Of a stretch of 64,000 nt of DNA, positions 21,112 through 32,722 are shown one piece after another. Position numbers and translations under genes: made by a program. The stretch's first letter is position 1. Each line of letters opens with the position of its first letter. The DNA is from Picochlorum sp. SENEW3 (taxonomy: Eukaryota): contig CP120454.1 in the NCBI GenBank assembly GCA_034226945.1, positions 1,054,001 to 1,118,000 of the forward strand, in the 5' to 3' direction. The notes below the pieces were generated by a model. The model was not told where the DNA came from. It was given only the letters and a program-made list of their open reading frames with translations, and did not search any database.

Positions 21112-22818
21112 CTACACCTTTTTATCCTGTGTAGCAATGACAAATTCGGTCAGTAAAAAGCCAAATCCGCTGGCCAAGTAACATGCTGGGACGAGCAACA
21201 TGGCGTTCTGTAAGTCTGTCTTTGATGCAATCAATGCGACGGCCAAAGGCCCTAATCCTCCAATAACGTTTCTAATGCTTAAATGAACTGCGCTTCCTGT
21301 GGATCCCAGCCCTGGGGGAGAGACCTCTCTTACTGCAACAGCAGCTGGAGCTCTCCACGCTTCTGACAAGGCAAACCCAATCAACAGAGCTGCAAATGAT
21401 TGCTTATAATCTGGGGCGAGAATTGAGAGGGCAATACATGGAGCTGCTGCTATATTAGCGCCAGCAGTAATCCATCCTCTTCCACCGATTCTATTCAACC
21501 AATCACCCAGTATTCCAGCACCCACACCACCAATGAGTCCACCAACTGGAATCACAACAGCAAGAAGAGGAGCGTACGTCTCAGGCGATAGCTCATACAC
21601 GCGTTGATAAAATGTTGCTTGCCATGCAACCAGAGCCCAAGATCCAACATCGTTGAACGTCGATGCAATTGTGAGGGACAAGAAGGCAGGGTCACGGATG
21701 AGCACCTTGAGCTTGTCCATGCTTTCTGCCAACGATTGGGTGGTGGACATGTGTTCCGGAGCGGGCGCAACCAAAGCCTCTGATGACGTTGTTCGAGACA
21801 GAAACCTCGAGGATTTGATCGGATCTCCTAGAAACCCTTTATTTCTAGGCCTCGTTTCGTCAATTGTAAGCAAGCATAGGACAGCAATAACAATCCCTGG
21901 AGGCCCCAACCAAGACAGTAATTGCCTCCACGCTCCAAATGCCGATTCCAGAGCAACTCCCGCATCTCCAATATCTTGAGCATATGTAAAAATGGGAGAC
22001 ACAGCTGCATAATCACCCTGTGTATACATGATTGTGACAAGGGACAGGTCCACCTTGTCCAATGGGACCAATGTATATGCAATATCTAAATTCTCCATGA
22101 TACCCTGAGGCACCCCTAATTTTCCAGCAATAACAAGAGCTGCAAACGAAAAAGCTCTTCCCACATAAATAGCCGAATTATACACCGCCATTGCTGTTGT
22201 ACGACCTTTTGGAAACATTTCAGGAATGAGAGAGAAACAGATTGGGTTCTGGGTTGCCTGTGCAGCCGCAAATCCAATCCTCGCTGCAAGAAGCTCACCA
22301 AACCCAGACGCTTTTGATGCTAAAAGCGTCAACACACTCCACGCCATGATGCCAAAACTGAGCAGCCGTGGTCTATCAACTCTATCTGCCAAGAGCCCCA
22401 TGGGCACCAACGCGACCGCATATAATATCGTATACCCAGCGGTCAACAACGCTCCCTGACTATCTTGAAGATGCAAATCACTTGATATAATCGGTAGCAA
22501 AGCAGGTAATGCGAAACCCGTCGTTGAATGATGCAAGTATGCCACAGACAAAATCAGCAGTCCCCACACAGCACCAATGTTGGGACCCTTCTTTTCCTCC
22601 TCCTCCTCCCCAAACGGAACCTTTTCCACAGATTTCGAAAAATCAATTGGCACATAATCATTCTTCACCACCGCTGCTGCTTTCTTCCGTGGCCGCGGTT
22701 GCTGCGCTGCTGCCCTAACCTCGAGACCTCTGCAACCACGGTTGCCCCCCACTGCAGCGTTCAAAACAGCCACACGCCGTCTCGGAATACCCACCCATGT
22801 CCTCGACACCGAATCCAA
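21112..22818 (-). CDS. MFS transporter (Spinster-like), probable plastid transit peptide
   Basis: MGLLADRVDRPRLL (MFS motif A), ARIGFAAAQA, about 12 hydrophobic segments. Confidence 0.88.
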   Translation of the reverse strand: MDSVSRTWVGIPRRRVAVLNAAVGGNRGCRGLEVRAAAQQPRPRKKAAAVVKNDYVPIDFSKSVEKVPFGEEEEEKKGPNIGAVWGLLILSVAYLHHSTTGFALPALLPIISSDLHLQDSQGALLTAGYTILYAVALVPMGLLADRVDRPRLLSFGIMAWSVLTLLASKASGFGELLAARIGFAAAQATQNPICFSLIPEMFPKGRTTAMAVYNSAIYVGRAFSFAALVIAGKLGVPQGIMENLDIAYTLVPLDKVDLSLVTIMYTQGDYAAVSPIFTYAQDIGDAGVALESAFGAWRQLLSWLGPPGIVIAVLCLLTIDETRPRNKGFLGDPIKSSRFLSRTTSSEALVAPAPEHMSTTQSLAESMDKLKVLIRDPAFLSLTIASTFNDVGSWALVAWQATFYQRVYELSPETYAPLLAVVIPVGGLIGGVGAGILGDWLNRIGGRGWITAGANIAAAPCIALSILAPDYKQSFAALLIGFALSEAWRAPAAVAVREVSPPGLGSTGSAVHLSIRNVIGGLGPLAVALIASKTDLQNAMLLVPACYLASGFGFLLTEFVIATQDKKV

Positions 22819-23452
22819 CTGTATACATCAATTACTAATATCGTTTCACATGACTCTTGAATGAATTCAATCGCCTCAGCGGCGTCTCGGACATCTATCT
22901 ATTGATACACATGTGAAATTATAATGGCTAAACCCACACACCTTCATCCTCACTGGACTCCCATGATCCAATTCAACCACAACCATCAATTAGTTGTTTT
23001 AATACCCACGTAATGAATGCCTCAGGCAACAAATACGTCAAACATCAAGCCTCCTATGTTACAGCACAAATGACTCGCCGTAGTATCCTCGAATTCGATA
23101 CTACCCTAGGCGTAGCAGTATTATTATTATCCTATGAACATGTAAATAATACTTTTTAAAGAAAGCTATAGTGATGGCGCCGGATACCCTGATCATCCGA
23201 CAGATCTGCTTCCTCGTCCTTCCAATCTCAGTCTCGGCATGTAGTACTACCAGAGAGAGATGCACATCTTTCTCTCTTATTATTATATGAATACTACTAC
23301 AGAGCCATGTTTCGATTCACATATTACACACCAGAATCCCCTATATAAATATGTTTTCATAGGAGTATATACATAATAACGATACGTATGCACCATCCTT
23401 GAAAGGCAAAAATCAATCACACGTGGGTCAAACACCACACAGATGGAGTACA

Positions 23453-24091
23453 TTAATCCTCCTTTGTCCAATCATTCGATTCCTCATCATCCAACTCATC
23501 GACACTCTTAAGAGGTGCTGTGCCTGAAACCTGTTCTTGCGTGCCCCCAGCGCCTCGCTTCTTTGCACCACGCATATTCTGCGACCCTCCAACAACCACT
23601 TGTCCCTTTTTATCACGCGTTGTAAACTTCTCCATCTCTTCCTTGGTCAATTCCTCTTCCTCCGGCCCGAAAAGTAGTTCAGGTATCAAGTCACCCAAAC
23701 CACCGATGGCATCTGCCACGCTATCCATGCCCTGTATCAATTGCAACCCCAAATTGGCAACTCCATCTGTAATAGAGTCCAGGGACCAGTCGTCCGCTTG
23801 AGCTGCTCCGCCTTCGGATTCGCCAAAGACGGTGGACCAAAGCGATTGTTCCTGTTCAATAGCTTTATCATCTCCGTAATATTTATCCTTCAAGGAAGAC
23901 AATGAGGACGAGTTAGAGACCAGAATAGTGATTGTAGATGAATCAGAACAGCCTCAAAACCCCACCTGAAGAGCCTTTCGAGCCCGATCGAAATCATTAT
24001 CGTACAAAATCAATGCTTCTTTGACGACTCCTTCCTCTAATTCAGGGAACTGTCGCTTCAATTTATCGAAGCGTTCAATGTCCAGTCCCAT
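23453..24091 (-). CDS. CUE-domain (ubiquitin-binding) protein (exons 24091-23966, 23887-23453)
   Basis: Exon 1 MGLDIERFDKLKRQFPELEEGVVKEALILYDNDFDRARKAL has the CUE 'FP' motif; it splices in frame to the 23453 ORF. Confidence 0.6.
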
Positions 24092-24506
24092 GGCGTCCCA
24101 GGGTCGGATGGAAACGCTTCAGAATGATTTTTTTGATCGTATTTCCTAGTTATTACTCACTTTTGAGTCAAATAGATTGCAAATAATGTATAAATGGGAG
24201 GATGTGTGTCCTTAGATGACCATACTCGCATTGCAGCGGAATCGTTTTCTATTCCACCTCTCAACGGATTCAAGAACACGTAGAGAGATTGAGATCTAAA
24301 ACAATTCAAATAAAATGAATATGGATGATGTGGGGGCAGAGCGGAGGCGTTTCAGTGGAGATTGCATCTGTTGTTTTCATGAACCAACATTTTTTTTTCA
24401 TGGAGGGTGGTCTTGTAGATACAAGAAGAAGAAACATGGTTCTGTTTGAACCCCCACACCAATTATTACTATTACATCATGGGTTACTCTGTCGAACGAA
24501 TTGGTA

Positions 24507-27297
24507 TTACAGAGACACATGTGCGTGATCGTCAAGGTGCTCAGCAACACGTTTCAATATGTCAGTTGTTGTCGCTGTCTTATTCTCGGGTTTCTTGGCG
24601 ATGGATTGCCATTGTTCTCCATGGTGGGGGTCGGCAGATGTGCACTTGTCAATGACGTGTTGTGCAGACTCTTCTGTGCCGTATTGGCATTCAAATTTAT
24701 ACAAAGCAGCCCAGAAGTCACCAATATCGCTGTTCAATGCAATTGCTCTGTTGAGCCACGTTCGTGCTTTGTCGATTTTTCTATCGTGCCAGAAGAATTT
24801 GGCAACAGCGGCAATGACATGAGGGTCATCATGACAGCGCTTTAATGCATCTATAGATCTCGATTTTCTCGATGTTCTGGGTGCACAAAGGAGGTATTCG
24901 GCCCACAGAATGCCACTCTTTGGGCATTCTTGAAGAGCTCTTGCCATGAGACTATCTGCTGCCTGGGCATTGCCATTTCGAATTTCAGTTCTGTACGCGT
25001 GGAGCCACAACTCTTCGTGCTTTGGATTTGTAAGACGAGCTTTCTCAAGGATTGCTCGGGCTTTGGGAACTGATGTGTGGTGTTCTTCGAAACGAGCCAA
25101 TGCGACCCAGATCGGAATCGAATGAGGACACTCTTTGACTCCAACAGAGTAGGCTGATCTGGCAGCATCCTTGTTGCCAGCAGCCTCTTCCATTTGTCCA
25201 AGCATGATGTGGAGTTTCCAGGCAGTAGGGTATTTCCGTATTCCTTGCTGAAGGATATCTCTTTGAGCAGCAGTATCGCCAGCAAATCTCTCCAAGATGG
25301 CACTCTTGAGCCACACACGTTCAGAGGATGCTTCTGGGTGCTCTCGGGCTTTGGCCAAAATAATGCGTGCTCTTTCAATCTCCCCGCTTTCGAATTCGAC
25401 TTTAAAGGCCGCAAGCCAAATATCTTCTGAATCTGGATTACGAAGGAATGCTTCCTCTAGAATTGAACGAGCTGCTTGGACATCTCCTGAAACCCACTTT
25501 TCCTTGGCAGCCATGAGCCATAAAACTTCTGCCTGAGGACAATGTTGGACACCTCTTTCCAGGATGTCGAACATGACATCTTTCTTTCCGTGCTCTTTTT
25601 CCATTGTAGCTGCTCTCCTCCATATACCTTTTTTCGTTGGAAATGCTTCCAAGGCATGCGAGTATATGGCTCGTGCGGTCTCAATGGACCCATTCTTCAC
25701 ACACTCCTCTGCGTCTGCGATCCAGGTTCGTTTTCTATCCTCCTCTTCAATGTCATGGCCCACCACCTGGCTCACAATGGCACGACAGGTGGCAGTCATT
25801 GGAGGATCAGACTTTTCAGCAGATTCTGCAGCCTTCATCCACCATTCTCTATCGATGACAACGCCGTGTGATGTCAGAGATTTTATAGCGCGGGGTATGA
25901 TTTTGAAGGGTGCACTCTCATGCCCTTGACTCTCTTCAAGTTTTGACGCGGTTATCCAGACATCAGCACTCGTCGGTATTGCTTGTCGAGCTCTATTTAG
26001 AATTTTCTGTGCATTCTTGTAGGTTTCCAACTTGGCCAACGCAAGCCACAACTCCACATGTTGAGGACAGCATTCGACTGCTCTGGACTGCAATACAAAA
26101 CACAAACATGATGAGTGGTATTGTATGGGCAAACAAATAAACAGGACATACCAATAAAATTCGAGCATCGTCCTCGTCAGATATCTCAACAACTGCCTTC
26201 CACAGTCTGACGCTGTGAGGAATCCTCTCTAGAGCACGCAGCATGACTCGCTTCTTTGCTGCATCATCCTTCTCTAATTGGGCAGCCTGCATCCAAATAT
26301 TCACAGAATTCGGTAGTGCTGCAACACCTCTCGCTAACACGGCTTTAGAATTTTCTACCGTCTGGAGCCTAGCAGCCTCTAACCATATATCCTCTGATCC
26401 AGGACAGAGCTCGCAGCCCTTCATGGCCATGTCTCGTGCATCCTGAATCTTCCCTGCAACCTCCTCCAGCCTTGCCGCAGCAATCCACCCTGGTGCATGT
26501 TTTGGGTTTGTATTGATCACGGATTTCAACAGTAATCTCGCCTTTTTTATATCACTAATTTCCGCATCCGACTTTAACGTCACAGATTTCAAATCGGTCA
26601 GGTATCCCTTTGGGTCAACCACTGTCTGCCCACTCACCGAGTCGGATATCCTATCTAATTTTAGCTGCACCACAGTATTCCTCCCCTCTCCGATAGCCGT
26701 CAGATCCGTTGTCGCCCCACCTACGGCGCTAGCAGACGCATTCAGTGCACTCACTGTTGCATTTCTATCCGCAGCATTGGCAAGCACATTATCAGGCACT
26801 GGAACAAACTGCTCCATTCTTCGCTTCTTTGCTGTATAGTCCCCTATATCTGGAATGCTCTCCCATGCCTCCGCAGCAACCTGACCCAACTGCCTCTTTA
26901 AATCTGAAAACTGCTCACTAATTTTTGGATTCTCCTTTCGAAACTTCTCCAACCCCTCGGCGACTTTGGCCTCCCTCCTTTCCCGTCTCCTCTCATCCAT
27001 CCTCTGATCAATTGCCTGCCATATCTGATCTGCCTCTTTATCCTCTGCATCCATCTTTCCTCCAGCAAACACCCCAGTATCATTTCCCATAAACGTATCA
27101 AACTTGGAGTCATCCGCTGGGTCGACTGTTGTCGATTCCACCGGCATATCAGGAGCAGGCATGGATGGCCCAATATCAGAACGGGTGGTAAACCCAGCCG
27201 CTCCTCTTCCGACACCAGCCACATATCCAGGCGGAGGCTTTAGTGCATTAAAATCAATTTTAACCCCAGGAGGTAGGATGGGCTTTCGCTGAGACAT
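24507..27297 (-). CDS. PRP6: Pre-mRNA processing factor 6 (intron 26088-26151)
   Basis: [51 protein letters not shown] repeats. Confidence 0.97.
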
Positions 27298-27603
27298 GCT
27301 GACCCAAATATTCAATGCAACAAGTTCTTTTGAGAAATTCTTACACCCCCTTAACCTCCTCTTCCGGGCCTATAACACGGTGTATTGAATATTATACAAT
27401 AATATAGTAGTTTAAAAGAAAAATTACTCAAATACTCGTGGAGCTGAGGCCTATGGAATGAAGTCTTCTGCTTTGAATTCCTAGTTTAGAATATTGGAAA
27501 TTCTGACAGTTCCAATTTTTGTTTGCTGTAGCCTTTCCAGTATGGCCAGGTATCAAAAATAATTAGAAATTTCTTGTAGCGAACCATTCTAGGGTGCGAG
27601 AGG

Positions 27604-29748
27604 ATGACACGCTGCAGCGTGTCGGTGGTGGATCAACGGCAAGGCAGAACAACTCTTGCACGCGTTGTCAGATCGTCAACGTGGGGTCTACAGCGTGCTG
27701 CACTGTGTATTATTTTAGCAATTATCCTTGTATCAGGCGTGAATGCGGACGATCAGGGCCAAGGAGAGAAGACGTGTTCACAGTTGATACAGGAGTTTAC
27801 TCCAAAATACAGAGCTATTCGGGTGTCATCCGAAGGCACGTCAGCTGAAGGAAAGAATCCGTTTGTCTTCTTTCTTCATGTTCCTAGGACTGCTGGCAAG
27901 ACGTATTCGTCATGTTTTCTCTCCACGTCGATGAAACCATCAGAGCGTTGCATGCCTGGGTATGATCATTATAGGTTGCCAATGAGCCAAGATGGTTGTC
28001 GATATTACGTGAGCCATGATGATATGAGTCTTTTAAGTGTACGTATATGACTATGAGAGAACAATCGCGTCGTATTCGATCGAGATGAGTGGCTATATAC
28101 TGTGCAGGAACTAGAGGGGCAGGATGTGGTGGTTGTGACACAGTTACGCGATCCTGTGGAGCGTGTGTTGAGTGCGTACGAGTTTTCTGTGGAAGTTGCT
28201 GGACGGAAAATTCATGAAAGTGACGAAAAGATTGAAAATTTGAAGGCAAACCTGACGGCAGTGAACACGTACAATGTCTGGCCTTGGTCCTATCTGATTC
28301 CCTTTGCTCGGAGGAATATGCAGGAGCGGATGAAAAAGCTACAAGATGAGTATGATGGACCAGTGCGATTTGAAGAGCATGTTGACCCCAAAAGAAATCG
28401 TACATTCTACTTTGATCTTATAAAAAATGAATCTTTGTGGCAAAAGCCAAAGCCAGAGGAGGTATTAGATCCATATGATAATGAGTTGGTCATGCCTCTG
28501 AGAGATTGGATTGAGACTCCAGAGGCTAGAGAACTGGTACATAACGGCCACACGCTTCAGATTTTGGGGATAACAAATACATCATTTTGGTCGGAAGCGT
28601 CACGATTGAGGGAGTGTTTTATTCGGGATGAAGCCTCGAGGGAAGCATTGGCTGCTCTGGCAAAAGAGAAGATGGAGCAGATTCCACATGTGGGATTGCA
28701 GAGCAGGCTGGACGAGGCTGTAGCCTCGCTTGCTGCATCTCTCAAGACAAATATGTCTAGCCCAGTATACAAGAGTATTCCTTTGAAAGCATACTTTTAT
28801 GATGACAAGGATGCTGTGGTGGACCTGAATATGAAGGTTACATACAACTCCACAGATGACGGCAATCCACACAAGTCAATCACCGTCTTGGATGCTCGCC
28901 GTCTGATGCACAATTATTCTTTAGAATCAAGCAGAGTTCGCTCGAAATTGAAGAAACTGGAGCCAAAATTAGCTGGCTTGATTGAGAAAGAAGAGGAATG
29001 GTTCCAAGAATCTGAGAAGGAACGGTCTTCTTCATTTTCTTGGAAACTAAAAAAGCAAGTCATCAAGCCAATTAGAAAGCGTTTCAATTGGATGATCGAG
29101 CATGCAAAGAGCATTTTGTTCAACTCGTATATCGAAGACGACGATTGGTATTATGACCAAGAAGAACAAGAGATACTTCGCACGAGTCCATATGATGAGA
29201 ACATCACCCAATTAGATGAGGAAGTGCACGGGCTTCAGAAGCGAGATTTTGTTACACGGCACGACTATCACGAATTGAAAAACATCGATGCAGTGAAAGG
29301 GGTTACCTTTGGTCCCAACGTCAAGGCACATATACCTTTCCCTGATGATGAGGCACTGTTACCAAACAAAACTGTGGGGGGCAACTATGCCACATGCGCA
29401 AGTTCGGCGCTGAAAAAAGGAAAGAAAAAGAGGAGAAATTCTTTCACACATTTGCAAACTCCCGACGGGAAGAGTTTCATGTTCTCATCCAAATCTAGAG
29501 GGAGAATAGACGAAGAAATTTTGGATAGGATTAAAGAATTGAACAAGGCTGATTATGACATCTTGGAATTTGGAACCACACTCTTCACCAAAACTCTAGA
29601 ACTTCAGAGAAAACAAGATGTTCTAGAAGAGATTCCATTTCCCCAGAAGGAAGAGAATGATAATAACAATGTACAGGGGACTGACGAAAATAATAATCCG
29701 AATACGAACAGCTCACCTCGCGACGACCGTGATCCAACCGAACTGTAA
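27604..29748 (+). CDS. Plant-type tyrosylprotein sulfotransferase-like protein (intron 28039-28107)
   Basis: Signal peptide; FFLHVPRTAGKTY (5'-PSB loop), SHDD, LRDPVERVLSAYEF, WPWSYL, VHNG.TLQI.G.TN.S. Confidence 0.8.
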
Positions 29749-29767
29749 AAGCAATTCATCTTCATTG

Positions 29768-30640
29768 TCAAGTATTACGTTTCAAAGAATGATACTGATC
29801 GATCCAGGCTTGTAAACCAGCCAACTGTCTCGAATTCAATCTCACCCGAGGTCTTCCTCGCTTCATTAGCTTGACTACACTCTCTGCACTATCTTCCTCA
29901 TTCAACGCAATCAAAATAGCCCCTAACACAGTAGCACTACGACCATGTCCATGCGCACAATGAACAAACAAGCGCCGCGTATCGTTCTTTCGACGCACAG
30001 AGTTGTCATCCATCCGCCCCATAAAATCCATGGCCCACTCAACAGCCTGCTGAATCATTTCCGGAGTTGGACTGTGCGTATCCCACACAGGAATCAGATG
30101 ATATCCATCACAGACCTCTCGAACTCGACACGGTAATTCGCACGTCACATCAATCACGCCAAGCTTGATATCATCATCTGTTGGCAGCAGTCCCACATGC
30201 GCTGGCCAACTTCCAAGATACAACCCATCCATGATCATATCATACTGATTCTCCTCCCCAGAAAGCCTCTCTATATACAACTTGAGCTGCAATAGCACGT
30301 GATACGGCATCGTGAGAATCCACCGCACAGGATCAATACTCCCATCTCGTGTCCTCTTCCCCAACATCCAGGTTGTGTACGGAGCCATCACACAAGTTGA
30401 ACATAGGGATACAATGTACCCCACTGCACACGTTTGATACCCCCAAATCTCGATACCAGAACCCATCCACCCAATATAGGGTAATCGCCGGACGACAGGG
30501 ACGATGTATGGCTTGACTAGGAATACCTGAACAACTGCACACCCAGTCGATATAACAGCCACCAACCCTGACAACTTGAGACCTGGAAACACCTTCCGAA
30601 ACCCTCGTCGTAGAAGACGAAGTAATCCAAACAGCATCAT
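29768..30640 (-). CDS. Dual-specificity phosphatase with N-terminal membrane segments
   Basis: Catalytic VHCAHGHGRS, GLYLGSWP, IDVTCELP, WDTHSP. Confidence 0.88.
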   Translation of the reverse strand: MMLFGLLRLLRRGFRKVFPGLKLSGLVAVISTGCAVVQVFLVKPYIVPVVRRLPYIGWMGSGIEIWGYQTCAVGYIVSLCSTCVMAPYTTWMLGKRTRDGSIDPVRWILTMPYHVLLQLKLYIERLSGEENQYDMIMDGLYLGSWPAHVGLLPTDDDIKLGVIDVTCELPCRVREVCDGYHLIPVWDTHSPTPEMIQQAVEWAMDFMGRMDDNSVRRKNDTRRLFVHCAHGHGRSATVLGAILIALNEEDSAESVVKLMKRGRPRVRLNSRQLAGLQAWIDQYHSLKRNT

Positions 30641-31051
30641 GATCAGATCCCGCCGTGTCTATGGAAGAATACACACTAAAAAGGCCACAACGTGTACACT
30701 AGTCTGTCACCTTATGGCGTATACTATTGGCGATCTGTCAATGCAAACATCGGATCGAAAAAACATAATCAATCAATCAGATGAAGCAATCGAATACTGT
30801 GTGAGAACACTGAATCCACACTTGTCCGCGAGCTGCCTTTTTTAATTGTCTTCTCCGGAAATAGGTACGAAATGTCTTGCCAACGAAAGAACAACGGAAA
30901 AAATTGCTGCAGCAGATACAAATCCAATTCTTTTCATCCAAAAATGAATGTATCATCAAAACTCATAACGAAGCGATCAGAAGATTTCTAATCGTTTCCC
31001 GGAACGAAAAAAAAGAAGAAGAAGAAGAAGAAACACAAATTTCTCAGCAGC

Positions 31052-31627
31052 ATGGATGACTTTGTCAAAAGGGACAAGGAAATCAGACAACGGATCCAGT
31101 CCATGTACGTCTCACATATCGTTCACAGTGAATTCCATGTCTGTGCTAACAGATGATACTCCCAATAATGCAGATACAACAGGGAAAGGGAGGATTTTGA
31201 GTCTGCAAGAGATTATGATGATTATTTAGAGGAACGAGAGGATATTATTTTCAACCTAGTTCAAGGGACAGATGTCCGAGAGACAGAAGAAAAGGTCAAG
31301 TCGTATCAAAAAGAGCATGCGGAGGAAATAGCCAAGAATGAAGCTCGAAAACTGCAGAGAGTCTTGGCAGCAGAAGAGGAGATGCAAGATGCCAAGGTCT
31401 TGGTGGATGAGGCTGCTGCAGTGGAAGATGCTGTTCTAGTTCATCATGATGATGGCATTGCTGCAGATACGGTTGTTGTGCTTCCGTCACAGAAAGAAGT
31501 GGGGCACGCGTTGTCAAAGCAAACGAAAAAAGAGTGGATGGCCATGGCCCTGTCTAGTGGGTGGCGAGACGATATGCAAAAGTCAAAATGCGTTGATTTA
31601 GCTCGCCACTCTCTGCTGAATTTTTAA
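31052..31627 (+). CDS. MAT1: CDK-activating kinase assembly factor MAT1, RING-less plant type (intron 31105-31173)
   Basis: Spliced product KEIRQRIQSIYNREREDFESARDYDDYLEEREDIIFNLVQGTDV. Confidence 0.85.
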
Positions 31628-31692
31628 TTATTTATTTTTAGACTCTATGTATGACTGAATATTCGTAGATTTGGAAACGGAACGGTCAAACC

Positions 31693-32676
31693 ATGCCATT
31701 TGAAAAAGAAGGCAACGTGGTGCATCGATCTGATGCAATACAGGCATTTATAGGTAGATTGTCGAAATTAGAGACTATTACTGGGCGGAGGAAAGGATTG
31801 ATTGAATTTCAGCCGAGGTCTGGCGATATCGTTATTGCCACTCCAGCCAAGTGTGGAACGACTCTTGTGATTCAGATCTGTCATTCCTTGCGATCTCGTG
31901 GGGATATGGACTTCGATGAGATCAATGCCTTGGTTCCGTGTTTAGAGATGGCGTATGACTCTGGGGTTGAGATTGATACGGATCAGAATCCATGGGCTCC
32001 TCGTTTGTTCAAAACGCATTCCTGGTATCATTATTGCCCTGGGACAGGCAGAGAAGGCGTGAAGCATATATTTGTGATGCGGGATCCCGTGAAGGCTGTG
32101 ATATCGTTTTATCACTTCCTGGGTGGCTGGTTTTTCGACAAGGAGGAGATTGATATTGATATGTTTGTGCAAGAGTTTGTGTTGCAACGAGGAGCCCCTG
32201 AAACATGGATGCAGAATGCATCGGTATGGGATACTATTGCATCTTGGTATCCCCATAGAATGGATGAAAGTGTTTTGTATTTGACGTATGAAAATGTCGT
32301 GAGGCATAAACGAGCTTGTGTTGAGAAGATTGCATGGTTCATGGGGATTGACTGTGACAAGGAATTGGCGGATATTGCCATGGAGCAGTCATCCAAGGAG
32401 TGGATGATGGCACATGCGAGTAAATATGATGAACATCAGCTGAAAAATGCGCGGAATGTTGCATGTGGGCTTGCTGAGAATGCTGGTTTGTGTGAGAAAT
32501 CGACAGGAAAGATTAGAGGTGATGACACGTCTCCATCAGAGGACAAGCTTTCAAAAGAGACACTGAGCATGCTTCAAGCCAAGTGGATGGACGTTGTGTA
32601 TCCAGTTACAGGGTGTAAAACGTACGCCGATCTGTGTCGACAGCTTGATGATGAGTTGTACAAAAGTTGGTGGTGA
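31693..32676 (+). CDS. Cytosolic-type sulfotransferase (Sulfotransfer_1), intronless
   Basis: DIVIATPAKCGTT, PRLFKTH, MRDPVKAVISFYHF, LYLTYE. Confidence 0.9.
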   Translation: MPFEKEGNVVHRSDAIQAFIGRLSKLETITGRRKGLIEFQPRSGDIVIATPAKCGTTLVIQICHSLRSRGDMDFDEINALVPCLEMAYDSGVEIDTDQNPWAPRLFKTHSWYHYCPGTGREGVKHIFVMRDPVKAVISFYHFLGGWFFDKEEIDIDMFVQEFVLQRGAPETWMQNASVWDTIASWYPHRMDESVLYLTYENVVRHKRACVEKIAWFMGIDCDKELADIAMEQSSKEWMMAHASKYDEHQLKNARNVACGLAENAGLCEKSTGKIRGDDTSPSEDKLSKETLSMLQAKWMDVVYPVTGCKTYADLCRQLDDELYKSWW

Positions 32677-32722
32677 GTGTACATACATACACTCATGCTT
32701 TTCATTGTCTACATAATGTATC

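Noticed and set aside
31145..31173. Alternative upstream acceptor in the MAT1 intron that would add a stop
   Set aside because: The AG directly follows the CTAAC branch motif and is probably too close to be used.
31052..31627. MAT1 lacking a RING finger
   Set aside because: RING-less MAT1 is, to my knowledge, usual in the green lineage.
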